A DNA stretch of 64,000 bases from Entomortierella parvispora E1425 (taxonomy: Eukaryota; Fungi; Mortierellomycota). Both the position numbers and the translations under genes were made by a program. The notes beneath the pieces are model-generated. The model made no database searches. It had not been told where the DNA came from and was given only the letters and a program-made list of their open reading frames with translations. The DNA is taken from the NCBI GenBank assembly GCA_020891255.1, contig BQFW01000001.1, positions 2,170,001-2,234,000 on the forward strand. Reading direction: 5' to 3'. Positions 36,301 through 53,200 of this stretch are shown piece after piece; position 1 is the first letter of the stretch, and every line of letters starts with the position of its first letter.

Positions 36301-39300
36301 GGTGTGGGTGTTTGGTTACTAGACGACCCCATGTTATTTCTGGACTAACATGATGGAACATTTGTATTGACCGTAGGCCAAGAGCATCTTCTTTCGGAGG
36401 AGGAAGTGGAGAGAAATACGACTGGTGAGAGTGCTGTTTTCACGCGCGATGACAGCTTAACAGAAACATACGAGTCTCCTCTGCCTGCGTTCTTCCCCGA
36501 CATCAAAGATTGCAAGTGCAAGAGATCTGTTTTCCACCTGCCTGTCATCGAAGGCGTTTCCTCCCTCCGAAAGGGGCTGTGCGAGGGAGCCTTGAAGGGC
36601 GCGGATGCTCTCTTTGGATTCCCTTCGATGCATACTATCAAGCACACTGGAAATCTGGGATACCATGGTGTGCAGGTTTTCCAAGCACCTTCTCGCAACG
36701 AGACCATGGTTGTCAACATTGTCAACAGACATGAGGATGTGAAGCCCGAGGCTCTGGCATTGTCCAAGATTGGAAAACGTGTGTATGTTGGCTGGCCCTT
36801 CTTGAAGGAGGGTATCATGTCCTCGATCTCGGATGAAATGTTCAAGTATGAGATCCAGATGCAGGGTAAAAACAAGGTTGTTGTCAAGACTCCTCACCGC
36901 ACCAACAGCTTTGACACCTGGAGGAAGCGTGTGGACAAGATTGAGACGTTGTACACCAAGCGCTTTGGTGTCATCATTGGCGACATTGAATTTACGGCTC
37001 AAGTTCTTCTGTTGAAGGGTTTGAGACGAGAGATGAATGGCGCTCTGGTGAAGGACTTTTGCAAACCCGGTTCAGAGCAGGAGTTTGCCGTGCAGACTAT
37101 TGTTGACTCTGTCAAGCACCCGGATGCCAGGACCAAAGAAGAACCACCAAGACCCTTAAACGAGGATTTCCCTCTGGAATCACAGGTCTTCTTCTTGGGC
37201 CACGGTCACTATGGATGCCCCGCTCAGGTCATTGCTCATTCTGACAACGCTTTGGCTCTCCGTGTTGGAGTAAGTTTTTTTTTTTTTTTTTTTTATGTGT
37301 GAATGTCAAATTCGCCATCTTTTTTGAGATGGTACGTAGAGTCTGGTGACTAATCTTTCATTTGTCGTTACTATTAGATCCCCAGCGATCAGAAAGGAGA
37401 ACCTACCTTTGGACACGATATTGTCAAACAGGCGCTTTCAAGCTCTGTTTACTCGCCTGCATTTGTTGTCAGCAAGAAGGTTGGCATCTCATCCCTTATC
37501 TTGAGCAAGTTGACATCGTCTCTCCATGTGGTCTACAGATCGACGGATCGCCGCGTGAACTTGGGTCTTAACCTGAAGTTCGAGGGCAAAAAGCAAAAGG
37601 TCTTGGGCTACACGCGCAAGTCCGACAGTGGCTGGGAGTTCAGTCAAAAGGCTGTCGCTCTTCTTCAGGAGTACAAGACTCTGTTCCCTGACTTTATTGC
37701 GGGACTTGAGAAGAAGTCGCGTGTGGATCTGTACATTGCCGAGGAGCTTTACCCCGACGGTTCTAGCACCGACAAGATCAAGAAAATCGAGGAGTGGCTG
37801 AAGAAGTCGAAAGTAAGAGATTTTGAGCGAGTGGACCTTGACGCCGAGCAGTTAGATAAGGTAAGATTTGTGGTAGAGAAAGCACAGGATATATCGTGGC
37901 TGCTAGTATGCGGATGTATTGAGTCGCTCGCTGACCAACTTCTTTCTCGGAAACGAACATCATCTGGAATAGGACACCATTGCTATTTTGGAAGAGGCCG
38001 CCGATCGATATGTTGAGACTCGTTCCGGTTTGAAGCATGTCATTGTGAAGAACCTTGGTCGTCATACAATGCTTAAACCAAGCCATGCCGCCACTCTGTT
38101 GCCTGATCAAACCTTTAAGTTGGGCGACCGTGTTGTTTTTGTTCAGGACTCTGGCACAGTTCCCATTGGCGCCAAGGGAACTGTGGTTGGACTGGACCGT
38201 CTGGAGATTGAGGTTGTTTTCGACGATAGGTTCATGAGTGGAATGGATTTGAGCGGCCGTTGCTCAATGCATCGTGGAATGACTGTTGGACCCCAATCGA
38301 TCCTCAACCTTTCCAAGCCTCAGTGTAACATGTCCCATACACCAACACCTGTGGCTGCTGCCCCACGCCCCAAACCAGTTGCCATTCTTCCCAAACCTAC
38401 GACCAAGGCGCCCGAGGATCACAAACCTCCAGGTTGGGAAATCTTGGGTGTGGCCCCTCCAGCAGAGCCTCAAAAATCCAAGACTGGAGGTCGCCATGTC
38501 AAGGTCAACTCAGGAGGACCCTCCGCATCGAGACCCGTTGCCAACCATCAGTCTCGTCCTGCTGAGCAGTCGAATGTGAACCAGAGTCTGGGATTCTTGC
38601 CTCGTCCAAGACCCGTTCCCCAGATTGCTGTTCGCCCCGGTTCCGAGAACAATAAGCCAGGTGCAGAGGACATCTCTGCTATTCTGCTCGGACTACTCCA
38701 TAAGAACGTGCCTGCTGGAGAGAGCCCCAATGCCGGCATTGCCTCACCTGCCCATCGTCTTCCAGTCCCTGTTCCTGCACCTCATTTGCCTGCTGCTGGA
38801 TCGCACACTGCTGCCTTGTTGCAGCATCTTCGACCTGCCCAGCCTCGCCCTCAGCAGCAGCCTAGACCCCCACAGGCGTGGCAGGGACCCAACCCTATTC
38901 AGCAGCAACATTCGCAGCAGCAGCAACAACAGCCGCGACCCCATCATGGCGGTCACCCCGGCCAGAGAGGTGGGGCTCACCGCCAGCCTCGCCCTCCACA
39001 AACCACTGGAAACCACGGTCCTCAAGGATCTGGATCCCGAGGTGGTCACAGAGGCGGCCATGTCGGTCATCAGGGGCAGCCCAGACCCACGACCCCCGCG
39101 GATAACGCAGCCAAGGTGAACAACACCAGTGCCGGCGGAGCCAGCACTCAGACCGGGTCAACGCCTGCTTCCCCTGCAGCCGCGTCAAACAACAACAACA
39201 ACAACGCTGGAGGCAGTGATCGCGGAAACCGCCGCAAACGTGGTGCTGCTAACAAGGGTGGACCCAAAACACCCGCCGCTGATGGAGCCACCTCTTCAAA

Positions 39301-39355
39301 GACATCTGCTCCAGCTCCAGCCCCTGCTGCAGCCCCAGCACCTTCCAACAACTAA
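33387..39355 (+). CDS. XRN1: 5'-3' exoribonuclease 1; about 12 exons
   Basis: MGVPKFFRW...[73 protein letters not shown], a C-terminal SH3-like region and a disordered tail. Confidence 0.97.
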
Positions 39356-39770
39356 ATGAAAATCCAAGGTGATTTTGTTTCTTTTTTTTTTTTTTTTTTT
39401 TTTTTTTGAAAAGTAGGAAATGGATATCTTGCATTCATTTCTTTTATCGTCATGACCGTTTTACATCGATTTTTTTTCGCTCAGCCTCTCCCCATCGTTT
39501 TGAATGTAGAGTAGATTTGTATTCTCAATCCTTGTAATATACATAGTTTTGTTTTCTTTGATGAAAAAAGAAATCATAACTCTGGAGCGAGTCGCCCGCC
39601 TCCTATTTCAAACATTTCCGGTGCTGCTGGTCTTTGTCAAATGATGCCTTGCTTTATTAAAGTAGAATGAAAATACGAAAAAAAAGGGAAGAGGGTATCA
39701 AGATATGGCAATTAGAAAAAAATAAATAGCAAAGAAACAAGGCAGTAATGAATCCCCTTCTCTTGTCCTT

Positions 39771-42700
39771 TCAATCATCGTCCTCGTCGTCGTCATCATC
39801 CGAGTCGTCTTTGGACCGGCCAAAGAACCCGCTCTTGATGCGACTGGAGATGGTCCCCCTTCGTCTTGGAACAGGGCGTGAAGGGTTGGGCGTCTTCGGA
39901 GGATACTCTATGCCCAAGCCCGTCAGAGGACCTCCTTGACCCTCACTTGTTCCGGCTGCAGACAGCTTCGGTGTAGCAGGCGACGCTGCACCCGCAGTTG
40001 AAGAGCGCGAGAGTTTTGGTCTCGAAGGGAGAACGATCTCGGTTACATCCGCAATCTTTGAATCAAAATCGCGACGGTCGTAAAACTTGTTGCTGATCAG
40101 CCCTCCTACCAACTGTTCCCTTTGATGGTCTCCAAAGCCAGCTTCGGCCATGGCATCCTCGACAAAAGTTCTGCTCCGAGGGACAGCCATCGGCGTTCCC
40201 AACGCACTGAAGGCACTGGAGCCAGGGCGAAGAGAGGATGAGCTTCGACTGGCCACTTTGCGGAGATCGGATCCACGCGATTGGAACGAGGTCCGGCTAG
40301 TACCTCCAATGCTGCGGATCGTTTGACCCTGACTGGCTTGACGCGAGAGTTTACGAGAGGGCGTCAAGGGGGTGGAGGCAACGGCTGCAGCGGAAGACGC
40401 CGCTCCTGTCACAGCAGGCTCCCTGCCCAGGCCAGTCTCCTTGTAGTCGTGCCTCTCTTCTTCCTCTTGCTCCTCTTCCTCAAAGTCGCCTTCCACGCGG
40501 ATATGATAGGGAAGAGGGATATCCTTGATAGCCCTGAACTGACCGCAATTGTTCAAGTGTTCGTTCTCCAGACGGAAGAAATTCCAGTTCCAACGTCTAT
40601 GCACAAAACCATAAAAAAAAAAAGAAATTAGACCTCCATACATCACCAAGATTCGACGCAAGCGGACTAGACAGTAAGGAGCTCTTACCGGAGGACTTCC
40701 AGGAAGGCAATACCGAACGAAAGGATCGAAGCGTTCACATTCAGGTTCATGACTCGGACGATCCACGAGAATCGACCCACGAAATCAAACACGATCGCTA
40801 CATAATACACCCATTTCTTCTGATAGACCAATTCAGCTCTCAAGAATGGGTGACCATAAGCGCCTCCACCATGTTTTCCAAACCGGAACAGTCCCCAATC
40901 CATGTAGACATCCCAGGTAAATGTATAGGTGCTGGTCAAAAGCGAGATCACAATGTATGCAACCTCGAAGCGGGACGGTCCATAGTGACGGAAGGAGAAG
41001 TAAATGAACAGCTGGATCAGCGTCATCAGGTATTTGCCACTGTTCACCAAATGGGGGAACCATTCCAGCGTGTCCCGGTAACGTCGAAGACACTGAACGA
41101 ATCGGAACCAGGCCGGCAGAGACGTAAAGAAGGGTGTAATCCACATGTGGCTCGTATTACAGACTTCGCCTAAACAAGCATTGTTGTCCAATTCAAAAAT
41201 CAATGACCAGAACGACAAATAGACAGACAATAAAATTGAGCACCCACAAAGTACTTACCTAGGTTGTTCCATGATTGTGTATAGGCACAAACAACGAATT
41301 CAAACTGCTCGATCGAATAAGCGAGCGAGTTCATCTCATCTCCAATAAAGAAGTCCCTGAATTCGACTCGAATAAAGCCACTGGCTAAGATCCGTCCAAA
41401 ACTCTGGATAAACCATTTTCGAGCTCCCCAGTTCGCCGTGTGAACCGGCAGGAATAGAACGAAAAGGACAATACTCATGAATATCAAGGGGTAGTAGATA
41501 TTCAAGAAGTATAGAGTGGGCGTACTAACAAAATCGAGATACATGGCCAAACAGAGAAGGAGCATGAAGAAGACCGGAAGCTGAAAGATGCATATGGAAC
41601 GTAGGATGTCACCGTGTTAATAGCTTCTGCAGGGGGGGCTGATTTCAACCTGAAATAATACTGGAGTATGACAACTCACCTCAAAGAACTCATGGTAGTC
41701 CAGGTTGTCGCGTGGATCAAATTCAAAGATAAACTTGTAATTGATCCTTGACTTTGCCCACACGTACATGTTGATACCAAAAAGACAAGCAAACATCGTT
41801 GTCAAAAATAGGCCAGCGTACGCCAACAAGAGACTGTTCCAGTACGGCAATTCCTCCTGAGTATCTTCTGAAAACGCCGACTGGACTGCCTGAACGAACA
41901 GGGGCAAGGCGAGTCCGAGGTAGATTCCGACCCGAGTCGCGACGCTGTGATGAGACTGGTTCTTGACATCAGGGATACGAAGCTTGGCCATACCCTTCCT
42001 ACGATGACCCTTTTCAAAAGTGTTGATGAACAAGTCCTCGGTCTCTGTGATCAGATCGCTGACGATAGTCGAGCTCATGAAATAAGAAGCTCGTAATTTG
42101 GTTGCTTCATAGGCCTTGGATGCCTTCCAGCCTGCAGTCTTGTCAAACTTTTTCAAGATCTTTACGAATCCCGTGTTGTTAAGAACCTGAGGAGTTTGAC
42201 GGGAAAGAAGTAAAAGAAATGAATATTGAAAATAAATAAACCAGATACCTCAAGAAAAAAAAGTCTACAATCTTCTTACCTTGTAGTTCTTGAGCATCTC
42301 CAAACTACGATAAAACTCGTACAGCGCCGCCTTGATACGCGCCCGAGCCACCTTGTGATTCAAATGTTGACGGCGACTCTCCTCATCTTGCAGGATCATC
42401 TGCTCCTCGAACGCCGCTGGATCCACAATATCAGGTTTCGCAGTTGATCTTGACGTTGCTCCCGCCATATCTTCTCCCTCCCCTCGTCCAGTGTTTTCCC
42501 GTTTCCGTAATCCTTTCGCGGGATCATTACCAAGGCTGTGCGAGGTGGATGCCTGGTATCGGATGGGTTCTGTTGAAGAGGCGTGGCTGATGTCGGAGGA
42601 TAGTTTCACTGGAGTGGCCGTGTGCGCACGTCCCAGGGTCACGTCCTCGATAATATCTGTATCTGCAATCATGTTGCCCAAACCACTCCTCATCCTTGAC

Positions 42701-43161
42701 CACTCTGTCTGGTACCAGCCCCTGTCAGACTGAATCTTTGCCTAAACAGAGATAAAGCGGTAAATTAACGACCGGCCTCAAATGTAAAAGCTTTTTCGAC
42801 ATTTGCATCTACAACTTTGAACGTACCATGCGCTCGTCGTATAAGCGTTTCCACTCATTGGCTACGTACAGCTGCTGCTTGATGACCTTTAACTTGGTCA
42901 CAGCCTCAAGTTCCTTCTCTACAAGAGCGATTCAGATTGAGAAAAGTCAGATGCTAGAGCAAGAAAACACTTGGCCCACGCTGGATCCATTGATTACCTT
43001 TATAAAAGTGGTCCACCATTTGCAATTGGTCATCCAAAAATTTGAAAAAAGCCTTCTCCTCGTCCAGCAACTGATCCATGACACTGTCGATCGTTCCACC
43101 CTCCACTAAAGTAGTTGTTACATGATTGAATTGTATAGGTGAGTATGAGCCCCAAACAATC

Positions 43162-43192
<31 letters not shown>

Positions 43193-44045
43193 TATCCTGG
43201 ACTGAGATATCATCCATAAATATCCACTTACACTGGATAATCCGGGAATGGTAGGAGTTGCCTGGCGCCGGGGCATGATTTGCCATAGTAAATGTCCGAG
43301 TCAGTGTCCTCATCAACTGATGTCCTTGAGAGCGAGCTGATTGACCAAACTGTTGAGCCATGGATCCTCGTCGTTCAAGGGGTGGTGGTAGCCCCGTCCT
43401 ATCTTTGGTCCCTTTTGAAACTGGGGTCAATGATGGTCTCCTACTCGAGTCCCGAAATCGATCTTCGTGTTGCTGCTGCAGGTCCTGCTGCAGAGCTGTG
43501 TCGGGATCGAAGCGATCAACACTGCTGTCGTCGTCGTCGTCGTCGTCGTCCTCATCATCGTCAATTCTAGAAGTTTTCTGTAAAAACGACTTTTGCGGCG
43601 ACGGCCCTTTCGTGATGGCGGTCGCAGTAGATGCCAGTTGCAGTTGAGGAATGGTTATTGCAGAATAGTTCCTGCCATGACTTCCCGGAGAGATAATCGG
43701 TGTCGTCCCAGTGGGAGATTCGGAAGTATATGTTGGATCGGGACGTACAGGGTATGTTGTACTCTCTGGCTCTTCTGACAAGGGTGCTCCCGTCAAGCTA
43801 TCGGTACGAATGGGGTCAATGGACAGTCGAACCGTTGGCGCCCCGTCTTGTTGGTATTGTGATTGTTCTTGCTGCAAATGGTGTGCAATCTCGTCGGCCA
43901 CAACGTGGCGAGCTACATCCTTGGCCTCAAGCTCATCAATGGCGCACTCTATGGCCTTAAGAAGCTTTTTGCCTTGCTTGTAATTAATGTACGCCTTGCG
44001 CCACTCAGGAACAACCTCGTCCTGAAGATACTTGGCGAACTTCAT
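39771..44045 (-). CDS. SYG1: SPX-EXS domain protein (SYG1/XPR1/PHO1 family, putative phosphate exporter); 8 exons
   Basis: MKFAKYL...[100 protein letters not shown]. Confidence 0.95.
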
Positions 44046-45046
44046 CTCTTGAATTAGGGGGATATCAATTGACCGCGATCCACTGTAACTTGTCGATTAT
44101 AGATGGATTGGTCGAGCTTTGTTTTTAAAAGTGAAAGAATCTAGTTGTCAAACAATGGTAGAACGAGCAAAGGTGAAAAGGTCGGGTGAGTTGAGGTTGT
44201 GTTGCAAAGGACAAAGAGGAAGGGAAAGGTGCGAATTGTTTGATATGGCGAGGTATTATATTTGTTACAAAGGGGAGTTTATCAAGAGGAACGACGGTTG
44301 GTCCGGGGTGGAGAAGGAGAACGAGGGGTTTGCGAGAAAACAAAGCGGTGAACGGACTGAAAAAACTCAACAGCGAGAGCAAAGAAGAGTAAAAAACAAA
44401 CAATATTTGCTCGAATCAGGAAGAGTCGTGTGGTGCGATCGAGCAGGGTGTGTGGCCGAGGCCCGCTGGATAATAAAATGTTATTACAGGGCCGCTGGGT
44501 GAGGCTGTGAGGCCGAGAGCAGCCGAGCGCCCAGGGTGCGTGAGATTGAAATTTGTTGTGCGGTAGACTACAGTACAAGAAAGGGTCCCTTTCAAGAAAG
44601 TTCAACAATGAGGGGAAGGCGAGAGCGGGGCAGTGCTTGGCTGAGCAGGTTACTTACACTCTCATTCATCCGCACTAGGAGAGGATGCAGTGATTCTTGC
44701 TTGAAGTTGATATACTCAAATCAGATCGCAAGACCGGAAAGCATATCGGTGCTGCTGATGTGATGGGGAAAGGGGCGGTTTGTCGAGAGGACAACAACGG
44801 AAGAGGTGTAAGGTCAATGCCGATGGCGATGCGATGCGATGCGATGCAACAGGGTAGATGAGAGAAAGACAATGGGCCCACATAAAATGAAACACATAAA
44901 TAATAAAAAAAGAGAACCCCAACTCCATCGCCTGGTCCTGTGCTGACTGGCTGATCGGGTTCCACAAGGGTCACAAGCAAATCTCGATCTGGTGGGGATA
45001 AGTGTATGAAGTAAATAACTCGCCCTTCTTTATAACGAGCTACGGG

Positions 45047-47123
<2,077 letters not shown>

Positions 47124-47418
47124 TGCACGGTGGGAATGGATCTGTATGCGAATGGGATATTTGTGTTTTGCTGATTACGACTGCCCGAGGAAGCGGAGGT
47201 GGAGGAGCAGGCACAGGCACAGGAGGAAGAGAGCAGGAATAAGAGCAGGCAGGCAGGAGCAGGTACGAATAAGAGCAGGCACAGGCGCAGGATCAGGACG
47301 GCAGGAGGGTGGTGCTGCTGGGTGATTGTGATGGTGGTTCTGACAGTGATGGTGCCTGGATGGTGATGGGATGGATGTCTACATGCACACGCTGCGACGG
47401 AACGACCGACGCACAGAT

Positions 47419-47419
47419 C

Positions 47420-47450
<31 letters not shown>
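47419..47450. repeat. (CAGA)n microsatellite in the SDR/TUG divergent intergenic region
   Basis: About seven tandem CAGA units. Confidence 0.8.
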
Positions 47451-48001
47451 GAGAGAGCACGCTTGGGCCATGATTTGATCACACACTTTCGGCTGTGGGT
47501 GTGTCTGTCCATTTTGGCCCAATCGGGTCCTTTTGGGGTTGGGCAGGACGGACCGGGCAGACTGACACTGACACAGACAGCATGCACACACGCCAGTGCC
47601 TTGCGCGCGCAGTAGACGCGTCGAGCAGAGCGAGAGACAGGACAGGACCAGACAGACACAGACAGACACAGGCAGACACAGACAGGACCATGGACCATGG
47701 ACCCAAGACCAGACTTGGATATGGCTGCCTGGCTGCCTGTCCGGATAGCAATATAAAGGCACAAGGGCTTGCCCAGGTCCGCTCGCTCTTTTTGCTTCTC
47801 ATTCACTCCCTCTCTCACTCTCATTCACTTGCTCAACTCTCATTCATTCCTCCATTCAACTTCATTGCTCCACAGTCCCAGTGCTCCCCTCCCCTTCAGT
47901 CTCACCCTCACTCCCTTTTCATCTCTACAGCTGACTCGTTCTGGGTTTGTTCCCCCCCCCCCCCTTCTCATCCCTTCTTGTCTCAAAAGCTGTAGCCAAC
48001 C

Positions 48002-50013
48002 ATGTCTACAAGTGTCACCATTAACCTCGGCGGTGGAAAGAGTCAGCTAGTCAAAGCAAAGTCGTCTGCGACCCTTCTCCAGATTAAAAACACAGTCTGC
48101 AGCAAGCACAACATTGCTTCTCCAGACGAGCATGGCCTCAAGTGCGTTTATTTCGATTTTTTTTTTTTTTTTTTTTTTTGCCCAACAGTGCTGTGCTGTG
48201 TTGTGCCGTGCTTCGTCATGTTGCAACCGTTGCTAATCAAGCTTTACTCATGTCATCTTACCTCTCTTGTCTCTCTCTGAACGGCGATCCTTCTTTGGCT
48301 GTTTATGGCGAGCAGAAGCGAAGGTTACTTCCTGGATCTGTCCCTGTCACTTCATCGAGCCAATCTCGTATCTGGCGCCAAGCTAGATCTTGCAAGGACG
48401 ATCGAGGACACACAACATCAGGGTAAAAGGAACTCCATTTTTGGTAGATCAGGAACCACTCCTGTTCAGAATGCAACCTCACCTGCATGTGGGCTTTGTT
48501 TCCAGAAAACCACTCCCCATCTCACTAACTTCTCTCTCTCTCTCTCTCACTTTCTCTCTCCTTCATTCTCCCCTCTTCATCTCTGAAATCTACAGAGGTC
48601 ATCGGTGATACTACCGTTTCGGTGGCTCTGCAGATGGAGGCTGGCGTGTCTGCTTCTGCGCGTCCCTTTGCTCCATCAACAACGTTATGGCAGATCCTCC
48701 TGAGTTTCGAAGAAGCTTCTTCAGGGTATGTAAAACACAAAGATGTTGTCTGAATCGCAGTGTACTCTATTCTCCCGCCATTGCTGACGCGTTGACCATT
48801 TATTAGATCGCTCAATCTCACAAGGCGAGTCGGTCAAGCTCAAGCAACGGTCGGAGCCATCCTTCGCCGACTTTCCAAGAGAAGCCAAACCATCTCCAGA
48901 GTCTATGTACAACCAGTGATAGTTGTACTCCAACGAGAGGTAACCACCGCCTTCTGAGAGCCCCAGAGTTTATACAAGTCTAAGTACTGACAAACAGTCT
49001 CTTCTGTTAAAATACGAAAGTTTGCAGCAATGCCAGTTCTTCAGACCGCGACCCTGAAAGATTTGGGTGTTCTATCGGGTGATGTCACATTTCGCGTTTC
49101 TATGCGCCATACGGACATCAAGGTGGAGGGTCCCAATGACCCCACTCCAAAGCGAAACAAGAGCTCAAAGGCGGTACCCAATAACCCTTCAGTAACCCTC
49201 GGCACTCTAACTTCGCCCTCCTTGCAAGAATCCGCGTTTCATATCCCAGGCATGACGGGGAGAGCAGGTTCAATGGATCCCAACTCTCGTGATGGGCACC
49301 TCGTCGGCCCTGGCAACGGCAGCAATAGCTCCAACTCTGGGAATGGCGAAAATGATGGTCAGAGGCAGACACCAGCCCAAGATATTAGCTCTGCTATGGT
49401 AGAAGCTAATCAAGAGATTCGACAGCTTCGTGAACAGCAGACACAGGAAGCCTTGACGGATCGAGTAAAACGACTTTCAAAATCTTCGGACGGTACGTCC
49501 GACAAGGATCGGTTTGTCCGAAGTATGCCTCTACCATTCATACCAGAGCCAGAAGAAGATGCAATGATGGCCAGTTCCTCGACAAAAGAATCAGCCGGTT
49601 CAATGCCAACTACGTCTAATGTAACGACCCCAACCTTGGCTACGACAGCCACCAGTTCCTCCATAACGACACCGCCACAAAGCCAAAACGACCTGGTCCG
49701 ACAGATCGCTCATCGAGTCAGTCAACAGCTCAAGGAGGCCCAGGAGAGGGGCGAACCAACCTTAAATTACCACTCCCTGATCGCCAAGGAGATTGTCCGT
49801 GGTCAGAGAGCGGGTGTGTTGCCCATTTCATCAGAAAACACAACCGCGCTGCCTTCGCTTCCGCACAGTCCCGTGACGGCAGTAGCAGGGACTGGAGAGG
49901 TGAAAATGTCGTTCTTGGAACGGGCACGAAGCAAAAACTTGCCAAAGTGGATGCGACTCTCGAGAAAGGGACCTTCCTCTTCGTCGACCAAGCAAGAGGC
50001 GCCAAAGGCGTGA
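48002..50013 (+). CDS. TUG/ASPSCR1 (Ubx4-like) protein with N-terminal ubiquitin-like domains; 5 exons
   Basis: UBL1-like MSTSVTINLGGG...LLQIKNTVC...LDLSLSLHRANLVSGAKLDL. UBL2-like VALQME...PSTTLWQILLSFE...TATLKDLGVLSGDVTFRV. The C-terminal half is low-complexity. Confidence 0.7.
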
Positions 50014-50219
50014 AGGGATTCTATCTATGAAAAAACCTAGAATAAATTTACGCCACGTGATCATTTGTGACTGCTTTAAGTTGTTTTCATTTTTCTTTTT
50101 TCTGGACAGAGGCGAAAGACAGAAGCCCATTGCAGGCCCAAAAGGACTGAATGCACTTGGTTCACTCTCCTTCATTCATACCCCATTCATTCGTTTGCAT
50201 TCATTCTCCCCACCTCGCC

Positions 50220-53200
50220 ATGAAGTCTGAGCCTTTGTTCGACAAGGCCGATGCTGGTGCATTGGGCGCAACTGAGAAGCCGGCCAAGGTCAAAAAGCCT
50301 AAGGTGCCCAAGCCAGCCGTAGACCCCAACGGTAGGAGGACGATGCCTTGGTCAAAGACTTTGCAAGTTAATATGAACGTAGGGAGCCATATTCCTAATA
50401 GCAGAGTACTCATTCGACTTCTTTCCACACTGTAGAACATATCTCTCAAAGAGCGTTCATTGGGGGGCTTGCCAAAGATGTGACACCCAACGATGTTGAG
50501 GGACGATTTAAATCCTTTGGAAAACTCACGGACGTGTATCTGGCTAAGGACGTGGATGGATCCTGCAGAGGCTTCGGATACGTGACCCTGGATACCACAA
50601 GGAAGGATTGGTCAAAATGTGTTGCTCTCTTCAACGGCGCCAAATGGAAAGGGCATGTCCTCAAAATCGAGGAGGCAAATAAGGATTGGCAAACAAAGTA
50701 AGACGATCTACCGTCTGAGTCCAAGAAGTCGACAATATGATTTAGACCTATCAAAATCTAACCCCTTTTCTATTCTTTCTTTATTAGACGCCAGGAAGAT
50801 CTGGAGAAGCAGGCCAAGATGGAAAAGAAGGAGAAGGATGCTCTTGTGAAAAAGTTCAAAAGGCAACCGGCCAAGCATGCGGAGGATATGAGTCTGATCA
50901 CGGACAAGAACATGGATGGCAAACGCGGCTGGAAACGTGGACGTTTTGGACGACCTGTTATCACGATGAAGATGGACAGGATGACCTACGACCCCTCTCA
51001 CTACAAGAACAATGTCGAAAAGTTGTTCAACCTTCAGGCCAAACCCTTGCCACTGAGTGAATTGGTCTATCAGATCGACGAGAACGAGCCTGTACCAAAG
51101 GGAAAGCATTTGCCATCCGAAGTTGCCTTGGCTCCTTTCCTCTCAAAAGCTGCCACCATCACCTCCACGGCTACTACCATTCCTGCCACCAATACCAAGA
51201 AGGAAACAACCTCGACAAAATCAAAGGATACGCCTTCTTCACTCTCATCAGCATCATTGGATGAAACTAGCGCTCTCAACACTTCAGATGATCGCGCCAT
51301 GATGGCCTCTGTCTTGGCTGGCCTTGATATGAGTCCTAGGGCCATGTCCCTGGATGGCTCAGACTTTGAAGATGACGATGACATGCGAGGAAGCTACGCA
51401 GAAGAGTTTGGAGGACCCTTGAAGGATACTACCGCCGACGACATGTTTGGTGATCTGGATTTGGCCCCTGCAGAGGTCGTACCAAAGTCAAAGAGAGACT
51501 CAAGACCCGAGGATCTTTTCGGTGACGACGACGATGAAGAGGATCAATCCAGCAGACCATCCCTCGACTTTTTGGAGGATGAAGAGGATGATGAAGAAGG
51601 CGAATACGACGAAGATCAGGAGGAGGAGGAGGAAGAAGAAGAAGAAGAGGAGGACGAGGGCGAATACGAAGAAGATCAGGATGACGAGGAGGAAGAGGAA
51701 TACGAGGAGGAGGAAGAGGATGAAGACATGGATGAAGATACACGACAGGCCATCGCTCAGCTTCAAGGCACAAGCTCTTCCAGTGGCGGAGGATTGTTCG
51801 ACTCGGATGATGACGAATCGGAAGAGCCCAAGGATGCTGCCAGCAAGTTTGCAGAGGAGTCCAATGCTGCCCGTCTTAAGGCCCAGGAGGCTCGTGAGGC
51901 CGAATTGGAAGCCACCAGAGAAAAACAGCAACAGTTGATTGCCTCACAACTGGCCAACCTGGACTCTCGGGACAAGAAGGAGGGGCATGTGGTATTTGCG
52001 GATTCGGACGATTACGACAGTGAAGACTATGAAAAGATGGAGGCTGATCACAACAAGAAGATGGCCCGCCTAAACAAGCCTGCCAAGAGTATATTCGATT
52101 CGGATTCAGGTTCAGATGAAGAGGAGGAGGAGGAAAAGACCTCAACAAAGACCAAGAAAGGTGCCAAGGAGATGTTTGCGTCTGACGATGAGGAAGGAGA
52201 GGAGGATCTCGGTAGATTCGGCGAGAAGAGTAAGTTCCAGCTATTTTCATTTACTTTCCTTCCCTCAAGTGCCGTGGAGGATCAGCCTTCGAAGATGCGG
52301 TTGTTAACCCAGATATTCCTTTTATTTATTTGTTTAGACCTGATCAAGGAACAGTTCGAAGGCCCTGGTGGTAAAGCACTGTTCCAGATGCAGACCCGGA
52401 TTGGTACAAGTGATTCTCGTTTCCAACTGACAAAGGACTTCTTGGACGAGCGGATCCGGGCTGAGGACGATCAGGACTTTGTGGCTCATCAAGATCGCCT
52501 CAGGGACGATGAGATGACGACCAATGGGGATGGCGCGGCTGAGATTGTCTTGGACGAGGATCGTCAAGTAGAGTCGAACGTGTCGGCGGAAAAGATGCAG
52601 GCCATGAGTGTTCTCCGAGCTATGTTTGGAGAGTCTGCTGTTAGGAGCAAGAAGAAGGAAGAGGACTCTGCTCGGAAAGCCATGGGCGGTGTTGGCTTCA
52701 CGACTGGCCTGACCGTACGCTATGATCCAGATGCAGCTCCTCCACCGCCCCCACCAACTACGACAAAGCCTGTGGAGGATGACGACTCAAAATTGACCGT
52801 GTTTGATTCGGAATCGGATTCAGAGGACGTGTCAAAGGCAGCCTCCTCAAAGCCTGTCCTGGAGAGCGAAAGCGAATCCGAGGACCAGGATATGGAAGAC
52901 ATCGAGGAGAACTCTCTAAAGGCAGCAGAATCGGAAAAGCCAGCCAAGAAATCGGTTGGGTTCTCCTTTGCCTTTGACGCCGAAGCTCTGGACAAGGATG
53001 AGGATGATACCAGTGCATCATCACCAGCTGTTGTCAAGGATCTTGATACATCTACAAAGTTCCAGGTCGCCACGGATCTCAAGTCTCTTTTTGCCCCTGC
53101 TGCTGGATCTTTCAAGATGTTTGGCGGAGATGATGACGAAGAGGAGGACGAAGACAAGGAGAATGATGATGGTCGGGATGTAGAGGACGACAGCAGCCAT

